Assembly: GCA_964509365.1 (NCBI GenBank) | Contig: CAZDWN010000001.1 | Location: 150,966 to 214,965 of the forward strand | Length of the DNA: 64,000 nt | Direction of reading: 5' to 3' | Source: an uncultured Pseudomonadales bacterium | Lineage (GTDB): Bacteria > Patescibacteriota > Microgenomatia > UBA1400 > UBA12028 | In this document: one piece after another, positions 46,410 through 55,668 of the stretch | Position numbering within the stretch: the stretch's first letter is position 1 | Layout: each line of letters opens with the position of its first letter | Program-made: the position numbers and the translations under genes | Notes under the pieces: model-generated | What the model was told of the DNA's origin: nothing | Database searches by the model: none | Seen by the model: only the letters and a program-made list of their open reading frames with translations

Positions 46410-47354
46410 TTACACCGTTTCTTCCGCCTCAAGAAACTGAATCAATGATGCTCCGCCTCGGATGACGGCGGTCTCGGCGTCACCTGCTGAGTATACGGGA
46501 ATACTCAGTTGCTGAGCTAAGAATTGTGCGATCCCCTCTTGGCGTGCCAATCCACCTATCAACAAAATCCCTTGGCTCGTGCACAAAGAGAGTTCTTCAA
46601 TTGATAGTTTCTCAAGTGCGATTTCGATATCGTGGATCAGGTGTTGGCTTTCTTCCAAAATAATCGAGTCTGGAATCGAGTGCGACGATGCTGGATGGAG
46701 CAGCACGTGCCCAAGCGATGATTCTATGTTGCTCCATTCCTGGGAAGTCATTTCTTGTCTTGATTGGCTAAAGTATCGACTTCTCATCCGAGAGGAGAGA
46801 TTTTCAACTGAAAATGAGAGTTTCCTGGAAAACAGGCATTCGTGTAGCGAAACTGCCGCGATCTCACTCGAGCTATGGCCGAGGTGCACGACAAGAGCCA
46901 CCGTCGGTATTGGAAAGGCATAGCCGGCTCCCACTGCTCCACAGATTGGACTGCTGACAAAGGTGACTTTTGAGACACCGATGCGCTCGAAGACTTTTGT
47001 CCAGATCTGTTTTGTTGCCTTGGAGGTGTCGGTAGGGAGAGACAACAGCAACTCAATTCGAGCAAAAGCGAACTTCCCGAGCCCAACTCGAGCCAAAATG
47101 AATCGAATATATGCCGCCAACAATTCCTGATCTTGTATCAGCCCATGATCATACATCTGTGAAAAAGACTCGGCACGATGATTTTTCTTCCCCACTTTAA
47201 AACGAGATCGTTGGAAAGAAAGAAACAATTTGGTCTGAATTTCCTCGGAAATTTCTTTCGTATCGTGGAGAGCGAGTCGGACATATGTCTGACCGAAATC
47301 CATTGCAAGCTTTTGTACAAACACACTCATAGCTGCTATCATAGCAGAAGCCAA
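46410..47354 (-). CDS. Second, highly divergent MreB/actin-like ATPase paralogue (start probably at the internal MDFGQTYV).
   Basis: Actin-fold motifs in the canonical order: phosphate-1 DFGQTYVRLAL, phosphate-2 ALVVHLGHSSSEIAAVSL, adenosine LLIGGLARQEGIAQFLAQQLSIPV, and C-terminal GDAETAVIRGGA (compare MreB DPLTCVARG). Confidence 0.5.
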   Translation of the reverse strand: MASAMIAAMSVFVQKLAMDFGQTYVRLALHDTKEISEEIQTKLFLSFQRSRFKVGKKNHRAESFSQMYDHGLIQDQELLAAYIRFILARVGLGKFAFARIELLLSLPTDTSKATKQIWTKVFERIGVSKVTFVSSPICGAVGAGYAFPIPTVALVVHLGHSSSEIAAVSLHECLFSRKLSFSVENLSSRMRSRYFSQSRQEMTSQEWSNIESSLGHVLLHPASSHSIPDSIILEESQHLIHDIEIALEKLSIEELSLCTSQGILLIGGLARQEGIAQFLAQQLSIPVYSAGDAETAVIRGGASLIQFLEAEETV

Positions 47355-47356
47355 CT

Positions 47357-48670
47357 ATGAACAAACGCATACTTGCCACCCTCTTTTCTCTCCTCTGCAT
47401 CGTTGGCGGAACTGTCCTTGCAATAAAATATGCACAGGGCTATCGCCCGACGACGACAGGCAACCTCAAAGCAACGGGACTTTTGGCAGCGAATTCTTTT
47501 CCAAATGGAGCAAGCGTCTACATCAACGGCAATTTGACGACTGCCACCGATACGACCCTCAATTTAGATCCTGGTGAGTACGACATCGAGATTAAAAAAG
47601 ATGGATACAGTCCCTGGAAGAAAAAAGTTCATATCGAGAAAGAGCTGGTCGTCCAGACGAATGCAGTACTGTTCCCGACTGCTCCGAGTTTGACACCTCT
47701 GACTTTTACTGGAGCTGAGAACTTGACTCCTTCCCCCGATGGTCAACAAATACTCTATACGACTGCATCGTCATCCGCATCCAAAAACAATGGCATCTAC
47801 GTCATGAACATGACCGATAGTCCCATTGCGCTCCAGCGTTCGCCAGTACAGATCGCTCAGAATGCCAATGGCATTGATTTGCATCAAGCACAGTTTTTGT
47901 GGTCGCCAGAGTCTTCACAAGTACTCGTAGCGACACCAACTCGTACTTGGCTGCTCTCCACTTCCCGCCTAAATGATTTGGAGACCTCAGCAGACGTGAG
48001 CGTGCGAAAGTCTCAGATCTTGTCTGATTGGCAAGAATTGTTTGCAAAAAAACAACTGGCGGCTCTCAAGTTATTCCCTCCAGAGATCGAGGCTATTGCA
48101 ACTCAGTCTTCAAAGTATTACTACATTTCTCCAGATCAGGAACGCATTTTGTATCAAGCGACTACGAGTGGCACACTCCCAGATACGCTTATTTCGAGTG
48201 TCCCCGCTGCAAACACACAACCTCAAAATCGCAGTCTCGAAGTTGGAAGCATCTATGTCTACGATCGACATGAAGACAAAAACTTCTTTGTGGTGACCGA
48301 TTCTGCAGTCGTGACTCCATCGCCGTCACCAAGTCCAAGAGTTAGTAGTAAAAAAGCCCAAAATGTGGCGATCGTGAAGCCTACGGTCGATAGTTTTACT
48401 GAAGCTCTGGTAAGCATGCGGAATCAAACGTCCGCTCTATTTGTGAAGAGTCCACAATGGCTGCCAGACTCAAAGCACATTATCTTTGCGACGACGCATG
48501 GGATCGAGATCTCAGAGTACGACGCGACCAATCGCGTCAGAGTTTACTCAGGACCATTTGAGCAAGGATTCGTCTACCCCTGGCCAAATGGAAGCAAGCT
48601 CATGATCCTCACGAACTTCAACGAGCCAGATTCTGGCATCCTCAATCTCTACGCTGTGGGAATAAAATAA
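47357..48670 (+). CDS. PEGA-domain membrane-anchored protein with a large C-terminal beta-rich domain.
   Basis: N-terminal TM anchor, then a PEGA-like module (PNGASVYINGNLTTATDTTLNLDPGEYDIEIKKDGYSPWKKKVHI), then a ~300-aa Ser/Thr-rich beta-rich region. It is transcribed divergently from the MreB-like gene with a 2-bp gap. Confidence 0.55.
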   Translation: MNKRILATLFSLLCIVGGTVLAIKYAQGYRPTTTGNLKATGLLAANSFPNGASVYINGNLTTATDTTLNLDPGEYDIEIKKDGYSPWKKKVHIEKELVVQTNAVLFPTAPSLTPLTFTGAENLTPSPDGQQILYTTASSSASKNNGIYVMNMTDSPIALQRSPVQIAQNANGIDLHQAQFLWSPESSQVLVATPTRTWLLSTSRLNDLETSADVSVRKSQILSDWQELFAKKQLAALKLFPPEIEAIATQSSKYYYISPDQERILYQATTSGTLPDTLISSVPAANTQPQNRSLEVGSIYVYDRHEDKNFFVVTDSAVVTPSPSPSPRVSSKKAQNVAIVKPTVDSFTEALVSMRNQTSALFVKSPQWLPDSKHIIFATTHGIEISEYDATNRVRVYSGPFEQGFVYPWPNGSKLMILTNFNEPDSGILNLYAVGIK

Positions 48671-48677
48671 TTCGCTG

Positions 48678-48749
48678 TGCCCTCAGGGGGAATTGAACCT
48701 CCATTTTGCCCTTAGGACGGGCCTGTTCTATCCGTTGAACTACGAGGGC
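48678..48749 (-). tRNA. tRNA-Arg (anticodon CCU), slightly non-canonical.
   Basis: Hand-folded: acceptor GCCCTCG/TGAGGGC (with one G-U), D-arm GTTC/GAAC, anticodon loop GTCCTAA on a 4-bp stem with a G-A mismatch, T-arm GGAGG-TTCAATT-CCCCC with an A-C mismatch. The mismatches lower confidence; it could be a degraded copy. Confidence 0.5.
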
Positions 48750-48946
48750 ATCTGTAGAATTGGTCGAGTGAAGGCGACAGACCTTGAACGCCTCACTGAA
48801 GTGATTTTAGCACGCTGGCACAGAGTCGAGTTTACCGTTCCCGAATTGCCAACCGCTGATAACTTTACTCGTGGTGAGAATAAGATGGGACTGTCATATG
48901 TGTACTAGGATTACTTGACGAAAACGGGTACAATGACGGTCAAATT

Positions 48947-49216
48947 ATGCCATCAACACCAGAGGAGAAACTAGCTGAACGCAAGCGATTATTACAAGAG
49001 ATGCTCAAGAATAATAAGTTTCCAAGAGCAGAACTTGTGGAATCCATCCGAGCTATAAATCAACAACAGGCTCTCGGTCCTGACGCTGTCCGCAACGCTG
49101 TAGCCATGCGTAATGCCAACGGACAAGAGATTTTATATATGCTTCTCAAGAAAAACCGCATCCTTGCCCTTTTCCATAAGATAAAGAAGAGAGTCTTTGA
49201 ACTATTGAATATCTGA
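48947..49216 (+). CDS. Hypothetical small helical protein (cargo of the putative element).
   Basis: 89 aa, K/E/L-rich, probably coiled-coil. Confidence 0.4.
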   Translation: MPSTPEEKLAERKRLLQEMLKNNKFPRAELVESIRAINQQQALGPDAVRNAVAMRNANGQEILYMLLKKNRILALFHKIKKRVFELLNI

Positions 49217-49270
49217 TGTGCTAGTATGTATCGTATCTACATACAAAATATAGAGAAGAAGGAGTAAAGT

Positions 49271-49885
49271 ATGCCACTTCAACCACAACCAGCAGAAAAT
49301 CCTGTGTCTTTAGCTGACTTAGGGGTCGTTGAGCAAGATGCTCCACGAGAGGAAGGCGAATTAACGCCCAATGAGCAAGCGATGCTCAAGGAGGCAACGG
49401 CCGAAATCAGCGATACAGCCTTAGACGATGAAGAAAAAAGGATGCTCACTCTTGTTGACTCTATCGAAGCAACTGAGGAGCAGAAAAAGGAACTCAGGCA
49501 CGAAATTCAGTTCTTCTTCTTTGGAACTGCGATAGAGACCGCCTTCATGACTTTAGCAATGTTTCAAGTTGGCTCAAAGGAACTTGCTGAATTATCGAGA
49601 ATTTCCCCACCCATTGCTGTAGCCATGCTCATTATCATGTCGTACATCATCCCCGCAATTGGACTAAAGTTCTCACAATACGGTGAAGCGAAGCAGAATT
49701 TACATGATGCGGAACAACGTTTGATGGATGTTGCAAACTTAGTAGGCATCACTGGTGGTACTCGGAAAGAAACAATAGCGAAAGCCACTGATACGGCTGC
49801 TGCATTTGAACAAAAGAAGAGAGTAGAACATCTTGCGGTCGAAATTGCATCGAAGAAGAAAAAGCGAGATGAGACATCAGAGTAA
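49271..49885 (+). CDS. Hypothetical membrane protein (cargo of the putative element).
   Basis: Acidic N-terminus, two central TM helices (FFFFGTAIETAFMTLAMF and IAVAMLIIMSYIIPAIGL) and a charged C-terminus. Confidence 0.45.
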   Translation: MPLQPQPAENPVSLADLGVVEQDAPREEGELTPNEQAMLKEATAEISDTALDDEEKRMLTLVDSIEATEEQKKELRHEIQFFFFGTAIETAFMTLAMFQVGSKELAELSRISPPIAVAMLIIMSYIIPAIGLKFSQYGEAKQNLHDAEQRLMDVANLVGITGGTRKETIAKATDTAAAFEQKKRVEHLAVEIASKKKKRDETSE

Positions 49886-50021
49886 GGTAGAGTTGCTTGT
49901 CTTTGGTTTTGTTATTGAGACGCATTCAGTAGTTACTTTTATGGGATATTTGCGCCTACTTATAACTACCCCTCTCGTGCACAAAACACCCTAAACCAGT
50001 GGCTTTTACTCCAGGAAGAGA

Positions 50022-51689
50022 GTGGTCTCTGTGCCTGATTTTGTTTTTCTTGGGAGTACAATCAGCGGTATGGATTACGAAGTGGATACCTCCAAACTTA
50101 AATATGTCATGTATGTACGCAAGAGTACCGATGACCCAGACCGCCAAGCTCGCTCAATCCCCGACCAGATTGCAGAATGTCAGGAACTCGCTAAACGCCT
50201 GAATCTAACCGTTGTTGGTAAACCTGTCATTGAGACCAAATCAGCTAAGAAGCCTGGGAAGCGTCCCTTATTTCGGCAGATGCTCCGAGACCTCACGGCT
50301 GGCAAATATGACGGTATTCTCTGTTGGAATCCTGACCGCCTCGCTCGCAATATGCGTGAAGGTGGTGAGGTCATCGACATGATTGATGAAGACATCATCA
50401 AGGACTTAAAGTTTGTCACGCACCACTTCACCAAAGATGCAAACGGCTTAATGCTCCTCGGACTGGCCTTTGTCCTGTCCAAGCAATACAGCGACAAATT
50501 ATCACAGGACGTGACTCGTGGCATGGTGCGTAAAGCCAGTGAAGGACGAAGCCATATCCCCAAGCATGGGTATGTCATTGATGAGCATGGAAGATATTTT
50601 CCTGACGGCAATAGCTTTGACCTCATCAAGCAAGCTTGGCAGATGAAGTTGCACGGTGAACCACTCGAAAAGATTTCCAACACTATCAATGCTCTCGGGT
50701 ATCATCGCCTCATTAAATCAACGGGTCGCAAGGTCAACATGGACAAGAGAATCTTGAGTGAATTATTCCATGACTCCTTCTACTTTGGGACGTTGGAGCA
50801 AGCGAGTGAGACGGTTGACCTCCGTACCAAGTACGACTTTGTGCCTACTGTGACCGAGCAAGAGTTTTATCAAGTCCAAGCTCTGACGAGAAGCCGCATC
50901 ATCCCGCTCGTCTCTCATCGCTTCACCTTCTATCCATTCAAGACGTTTGTTCGCTGTGCATTTTGTGACAACAATATGACCGTTGGTCCTTCGACTGGAA
51001 GTACGGGTAAACGATACTTAAACTTTCGCTGTGAGACTCCAGACTGCAAACGCATAAAGAAATCTGTACGGGTAAAAGTAGTCCTCGACTGGTTGTATGC
51101 GTTCCTCGCTGATGGACTCAACTTTACCGAGGCGGATTACAAAGAGTATCTGGAGGAGATGACCGAGGTTATCACCAAGAGAAGAACTACGCTTGAAGCG
51201 GAGTTACACTCCAAGCAAGGACTACTCAAGACGACAGACGCAGAACTCAAGACCACCGCCCTCCAAGTCATCAAGCAAGAGGAAGTCTCAACTGTCAGAC
51301 GTATTGGTGAGGAGCGAGTCAAGGAACTTGAGCAACAGAAAGCACAATTGGAGACGGATATCGCTTCTATCAAACAAGCCATGCCTGATGTGGCACAGGA
51401 TGCACTGACCTTAGAAGATTTCTTGAACTTGTCGAAAAATGCGGCAGAATCAGTCAAAGCAGGCACGCCAGAAGTTAAAGACCAAATTGTACGAATTATT
51501 TTCTTGAACTTATGGATTGATGAAGAAAAAGTAACGAAATATCAGGCTAAAGAGCCGTTCAATACCCTGCTTACTAACAGGCAACTACCTACTTGTCGGG
51601 ATAGTGAGACTCGAACTCACGACCTCGTCGTCCCGAACGACGCGCGCTACCAACTGCGCTATATCCCGTCTCTGCCGATTATATCCTAA
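50022..51689 (+). CDS. Large serine recombinase (resolvase/invertase catalytic domain, recombinase domain, zinc ribbon, coiled coil). The true start and stop are uncertain because the 3' end of the ORF runs through tRNA-Pro.
   Basis: N-terminal resolvase domain with the catalytic-Ser context YVRKSTDDPDRQARSIPDQ...GILCWNPDRLARN, a Cys cluster (CAFCDN...FRCETPDC) and a long C-terminal coiled-coil. The last ~25 codons of the track ORF are the reverse complement of tRNA-Pro. Confidence 0.75.
   Translation: MVSVPDFVFLGSTISGMDYEVDTSKLKYVMYVRKSTDDPDRQARSIPDQIAECQELAKRLNLTVVGKPVIETKSAKKPGKRPLFRQMLRDLTAGKYDGILCWNPDRLARNMREGGEVIDMIDEDIIKDLKFVTHHFTKDANGLMLLGLAFVLSKQYSDKLSQDVTRGMVRKASEGRSHIPKHGYVIDEHGRYFPDGNSFDLIKQAWQMKLHGEPLEKISNTINALGYHRLIKSTGRKVNMDKRILSELFHDSFYFGTLEQASETVDLRTKYDFVPTVTEQEFYQVQALTRSRIIPLVSHRFTFYPFKTFVRCAFCDNNMTVGPSTGSTGKRYLNFRCETPDCKRIKKSVRVKVVLDWLYAFLADGLNFTEADYKEYLEEMTEVITKRRTTLEAELHSKQGLLKTTDAELKTTALQVIKQEEVSTVRRIGEERVKELEQQKAQLETDIASIKQAMPDVAQDALTLEDFLNLSKNAAESVKAGTPEVKDQIVRIIFLNLWIDEEKVTKYQAKEPFNTLLTNRQLPTCRDSETRTHDLVVPNDARYQLRYIPSLPIIS
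51598..51669 (-). tRNA. tRNA-Pro (anticodon CGG).
   Basis: Perfect cloverleaf: acceptor CGGGATA/TATCCCG, D-arm GCGC/GCGC, anticodon stem CGTCG/CGACG with loop TTCGGGA, T-arm GTGAG-TTCGAGT-CTCAC. Confidence 0.8.
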
Positions 51690-51719
51690 AAACCAATAAG
51701 GGCGTGATGAATCACGCCC
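51690..51719 (-). terminator. Intrinsic terminator downstream of ndk.
   Basis: GGGCGTGA-ttca-TCACGCCC 8-bp stem followed on the minus strand by a T-rich run (TTATTGGTTTTT). Confidence 0.6.
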
Positions 51720-51745
51720 CTACGTATCTATTTTTCGATGGCTCT

Positions 51746-52216
51746 TTATGCCAATTCTTCATCTGAGTACACCAAAAAGTCCATCGGACTGACATACTGG
51801 AACACTTCAGTTGGCTTAAAGATGAGAGTCTTCTCTTTTTGTGCGTTCTCCACTGAGTCTGAGGCGTGGATCAAGTTGTTACTTTGACTCATGGCGAAAT
51901 CTCCGCGGACACTTCCACCTTCTGCAGCTCTCCCCTTTGTGACGCCTACGAGCTTACGGATAGTATCGACTGCTTCGACTCCCTCCCAAACCATTGCGAC
52001 GATTGGAGTCTTCATCATAAATCCCTTCAGGGAAGCAAAGAAAGGCTTCTCTTTGTGATGGGCATACCATTGATCCAAGATCGCATCATCGAGCTTTACC
52101 ATTTTGAGCGCCACAAGCTTGAGCCCTTTATCTTCAAAGCGAGAAATAATCTGACCGATTAGGCCTCGTTGCAAGCCGTCTGGTTTTACCAACACAATAC
52201 TTTGTTCCATGGACAT
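51746..52216 (-). CDS. ndk: Nucleoside diphosphate kinase.
   Basis: VLVKPDGLQRGLIG, NLIHASDS and the overall ~150-aa NDK signature. Confidence 0.9.
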   Translation of the reverse strand: MSMEQSIVLVKPDGLQRGLIGQIISRFEDKGLKLVALKMVKLDDAILDQWYAHHKEKPFFASLKGFMMKTPIVAMVWEGVEAVDTIRKLVGVTKGRAAEGGSVRGDFAMSQSNNLIHASDSVENAQKEKTLIFKPTEVFQYVSPMDFLVYSDEELA

Positions 52217-53963
52217 AGTGATCCTCCTACATACTACGCAATTGATACATCTAGTATAGCAGTTTTTCTGTCAAGTTTCCTGTTTATCAAACTAGGTATT
52301 TTTATCTCGTACTATAAAACACTAGATACGAAACAACGAACTTCATACGAATCCTTACGAGAGATAACATCCTGAACAACTCACTCGCGAGCGGCAGGTA
52401 CCTTGCAAAAAGGCTACATTGGAGCGCGAGATTCTCACTGTGACGGTTTTGAGGCTTTCACTTCTCGCTAGCAACTGTCACGAAGTCCGGCTTTGTAGGA
52501 ACTCTGTATGAAAAATGCAAGCTCGGGCGAGCGTAGCGGTGCCATACGTGGGTTGGCTTGAGCCAAAAATCCAACGATGTGATGAGCATGATCGATCTTT
52601 TTACCATTGACAGTGCGCTACCCGTTTTTTTGTCAATTGAAGCGTTGACATACAGAGAACCAACTATTCAATTAGCCGAAGGTGATACGAATGTAAGCTA
52701 TTTATTGAACCCTTTTTTTGTTCACACAAATGTAGTCGCAATCTTTTTTGAATCTTCACGACACGCTTCACAAATCTTTTTACTTGTATACCTCCATCCT
52801 TTTATGAGGTCACAAATAGTACTCATTCACCCTGTTTTTCAGCATGAAGCGGATGTCTATATTTTCACCGCTGGCTATAGGATCTTTCGATGCCAGTCAT
52901 TGGGAAACTCATCAGAGCGATCACAAATCACTATCGTCACATTCGTTACCAACTGCAAAAAATAAAATTTGAACTGCACATGAGACTGCAGTTTCTTAGT
53001 ACTGACAGAGTGCGATAACTGCTAGTCACAATTTTGCCTAACCCGATGTGCGTAGGTTGAGTGGATTTGAAAAATATCATACCGTTCTACCCAAGCCGCG
53101 CTGATTTCTCTTCTGGAAGTGATTGGTCTTTCAAACGGCGATCATGAAAAAGTATTGATTGATAAGTCTCACGTGAATCTCAGAGCATTTTCTCAAGTGA
53201 ACTGAGAGTGCCTTTGCGATGAAAAGAGGTCAAATTAAGGATTTGACGAGGTCGATTTTTCCAGATGTAATTTCACATTTTTTGCAAACTCGTTCTGTTC
53301 AGAGAGAAATTGTGATACTCTAGATCTCAGACTCGAAAGACAATGTTTTTTCATATTATAAGTCATTTTTCTTCTTCGGTTTTGCAAATGAGACATTCCA
53401 TGCGAAAATGGACGCTTAGACGCTACGATCAATCCTTTTAGGCACAGTCTGTGTCTATTTTCGACCCCTACTCACTGCTAAATTCCCTCAAGACACCAGG
53501 CTAAGCTTTTTGACTACTCTCAAAGACCCGAAATCAAGAAGTTCATTGTTTGCTTTCGATGTTATTGAGACGTACTGGTGATGTTCGATATTCACGCAAA
53601 ATCAATGCACAGAAAAAATGGTGCCTATGCACTGCTTCCATGCAAGTGATCCAGCACCATACCTTCATTTTGTGATAACGTTCACAACCTGTCAACGAAT
53701 GAATTCCTAAAAGTCCCAGCGTCAACATTACTTGGATTTTTAGGTTCCTCCGTTACCTACTCCAAAAATTTTCTCTGCAAACCAATGAGTGAAATTGTAA
53801 GATTTTTTGAGTGGACCCTAAAAGCGGTAAGAATTACGTCTATTTGAGGTCAAATTGTGATGAGAAACACCATGTTTTACCTCGAGTGAGTAGCTCACGA
53901 ACACAACGCGTAGCAAACAGTCTTTTTGCTTGACTGATACAGACACAATCACATCTCACAATC

Positions 53964-55274
53964 CTAGCGCTTTCTCTCAAGCACTGCCAATCGAGTACAG
54001 AGCCAAACGGTAAGCACCCCATAGTATAGTAAGAGTCCTATACTATTCATCTGCGTAACGGTCAAATTGAGAAAGGAGAAAGTTGATAAAAGCTCGACAT
54101 ATCGCACAAATAGCTCAAGAATAAACCATAAAATGACTGTCAAAAATTGAAAAACAAGAGGAGGGATGATTCCCCAACTACAAATCGTGACAAGGCCAAG
54201 AATTGTGATCGGCGATACGAGCCAAAGGAGGATGATGCTACTGACAATTGTCGTGAGTGTCACTTCACCCATCGAATACAAGAGAAGTGGAGTCGTGAAG
54301 AGAAAAACGAGCACGGTGGATTGGAGTAGTTGAATCAACGATGTCAGTATCGACTCATTCGAACTCGTCATTGAGCTCCCTTGGAGCAAGGAATCAACCG
54401 AAATTGCCGCTGTAGCGGACATGGTGAGCCAGAATGATAAGGAATAAATAAATAAAGGTTGATATATCAATATGAATAATCCCCCAAGAATCAGCGTATA
54501 CATCGGGACGATTTTTCGACCGACGTATCCCGACCCAGCGGCGAAGAGGAACATCACGGTTGCCCTAAGAATCGGCGCCTGATTGCCTACGACGAGCCCA
54601 TAGGCTATGGCTACAATTCCCGACCCTAAAAGCAAGTTCTTTCTTGAGAATAATTTACGCAATACCGCTTGCGTAAATGACACGACAAAGATAATGTTTG
54701 CACCGCTGGCGACGAGCACATGAGATATCCCTGCCGCTCGCATTTTCACACTCGTCTCCTCCTTGGATGAGTATATCTTTCCGATAGTCATCCCCAGCAG
54801 TATATGTGAATGCGCCGTAGGCAATGCAGCATACAGCCTTTCTTCGGCGCCTTGAAGGTACTTATTCGTGTATATGGTACCAAGCTCAATTGGAAAACGT
54901 ATGAGATTGAAAGGCGAAACACTCATTATTCCCTTTCGCTGAATGGATTGAACATTCAAATCAATTTGAGCCATCTTTTTACATTGCGATCGACCACGAA
55001 TGGTGCCAATCACCGACACAAGTTCTCCAACCGCAGGCGATTGCGAACGTGAAAAATTGAATCGAAACTCTCCTGCAGGCACTCGATCTGAGTACGAGGA
55101 AGATTCGAGAACTGACGTCACCCAAAACGTTTTCTCCACCCGTTCTTGCGCACATACTATTTGCCGCATTTTATATACATGCACATAACGAAGTAAATAT
55201 ATTGAGGAAAGCACAAAAACCATTCCGAGAATATAGTAGCGGTTACCAATGTACATATGGATAGATTTTTTCAC
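53964..55274 (-). CDS. comEC: ComEC/Rec2-family competence membrane channel protein (no metallo-beta-lactamase domain).
   Basis: Polytopic membrane protein with the competence-domain motif region (AAGISHVLVASGANIIFV). Adjacent to comEA. Confidence 0.6.
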   Translation of the reverse strand: MKKSIHMYIGNRYYILGMVFVLSSIYLLRYVHVYKMRQIVCAQERVEKTFWVTSVLESSSYSDRVPAGEFRFNFSRSQSPAVGELVSVIGTIRGRSQCKKMAQIDLNVQSIQRKGIMSVSPFNLIRFPIELGTIYTNKYLQGAEERLYAALPTAHSHILLGMTIGKIYSSKEETSVKMRAAGISHVLVASGANIIFVVSFTQAVLRKLFSRKNLLLGSGIVAIAYGLVVGNQAPILRATVMFLFAAGSGYVGRKIVPMYTLILGGLFILIYQPLFIYSLSFWLTMSATAAISVDSLLQGSSMTSSNESILTSLIQLLQSTVLVFLFTTPLLLYSMGEVTLTTIVSSIILLWLVSPITILGLVTICSWGIIPPLVFQFLTVILWFILELFVRYVELLSTFSFLNLTVTQMNSIGLLLYYGVLTVWLCTRLAVLERKR

Positions 55275-55641
55275 ACAGATTTTTTGAGAGACCTGATCGA
55301 TTCACAAAGTCTTCATAATCTGTATATGGTTGATGCGTCAGTATCTGTTGCGCACGCATACTCCCTATTCCAGGTAACGTGTCGAGCTCGTCTGCGCTCG
55401 CGGTGTTGATGTTGAGAAGAGCTGAAGTGGTCGCGATGGCGACCTTCTGTGAGGGTTGAGTGAGGGCTGGCGGAAAAACTGGAAGCGGCGCTGGATGGGA
55501 AAATGAGATGTCGGAACCTTGAAGTAGGAGCCACCCGACACCAATCAATGAGCAACCAACTACTCCCACAATAGCTAGAGGTAGTCGTGGAGTGAATTGA
55601 GATCGATCAAGTACCGATGCAAGATCATCACCTGCACTCAT
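55243..55641 (-). CDS. comEA: ComEA-like helix-hairpin-helix DNA-binding protein.
   Basis: N-terminal TM anchor and C-terminal tandem HhH (INTASADELDTLPGIGSMRAQQIL). Confidence 0.75.
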   Translation of the reverse strand: MSAGDDLASVLDRSQFTPRLPLAIVGVVGCSLIGVGWLLLQGSDISFSHPAPLPVFPPALTQPSQKVAIATTSALLNINTASADELDTLPGIGSMRAQQILTHQPYTDYEDFVNRSGLSKNLCEKIYPYVHW

Positions 55642-55668
55642 GTGTTCATCGTATCCAACAGATGAGCT

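Larger units (their letters stand above)
48750..51690. mobile_element. Putative small integrated element bounded by tRNA-Arg and tRNA-Pro: two unknown cargo ORFs plus a large serine recombinase.
   Basis: A recombinase gene abuts and overlaps a tRNA gene. The two cargo ORFs have no homology I recognise. Att sites were not identified by eye. Confidence 0.4.

Noticed and set aside
48693-48908. 71-aa ORF overlapping tRNA-Arg
   Set aside because: It overlaps the tRNA on the opposite strand and has no coding signature.
51598-51689. Treating the C-terminal ~25 residues of the recombinase as genuine protein sequence
   Set aside because: They are encoded by the reverse complement of a perfectly folded tRNA-Pro. 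The true recombinase stop probably lies upstream or the overlap is incidental. I kept the ORF coordinates but flag the end as uncertain.
52381-52560. RNase P RNA or tmRNA in the long non-coding region
   Set aside because: Only a loose GAAGTCCGGC match to the RNase P P4 strand was found, without the partner ACAGAAACCCGGCTTA-type strand. There is no tmRNA tag-peptide reading frame and no tRNA-like 3' end. The evidence is insufficient, so the region is reported only as an unexplained non-coding stretch.
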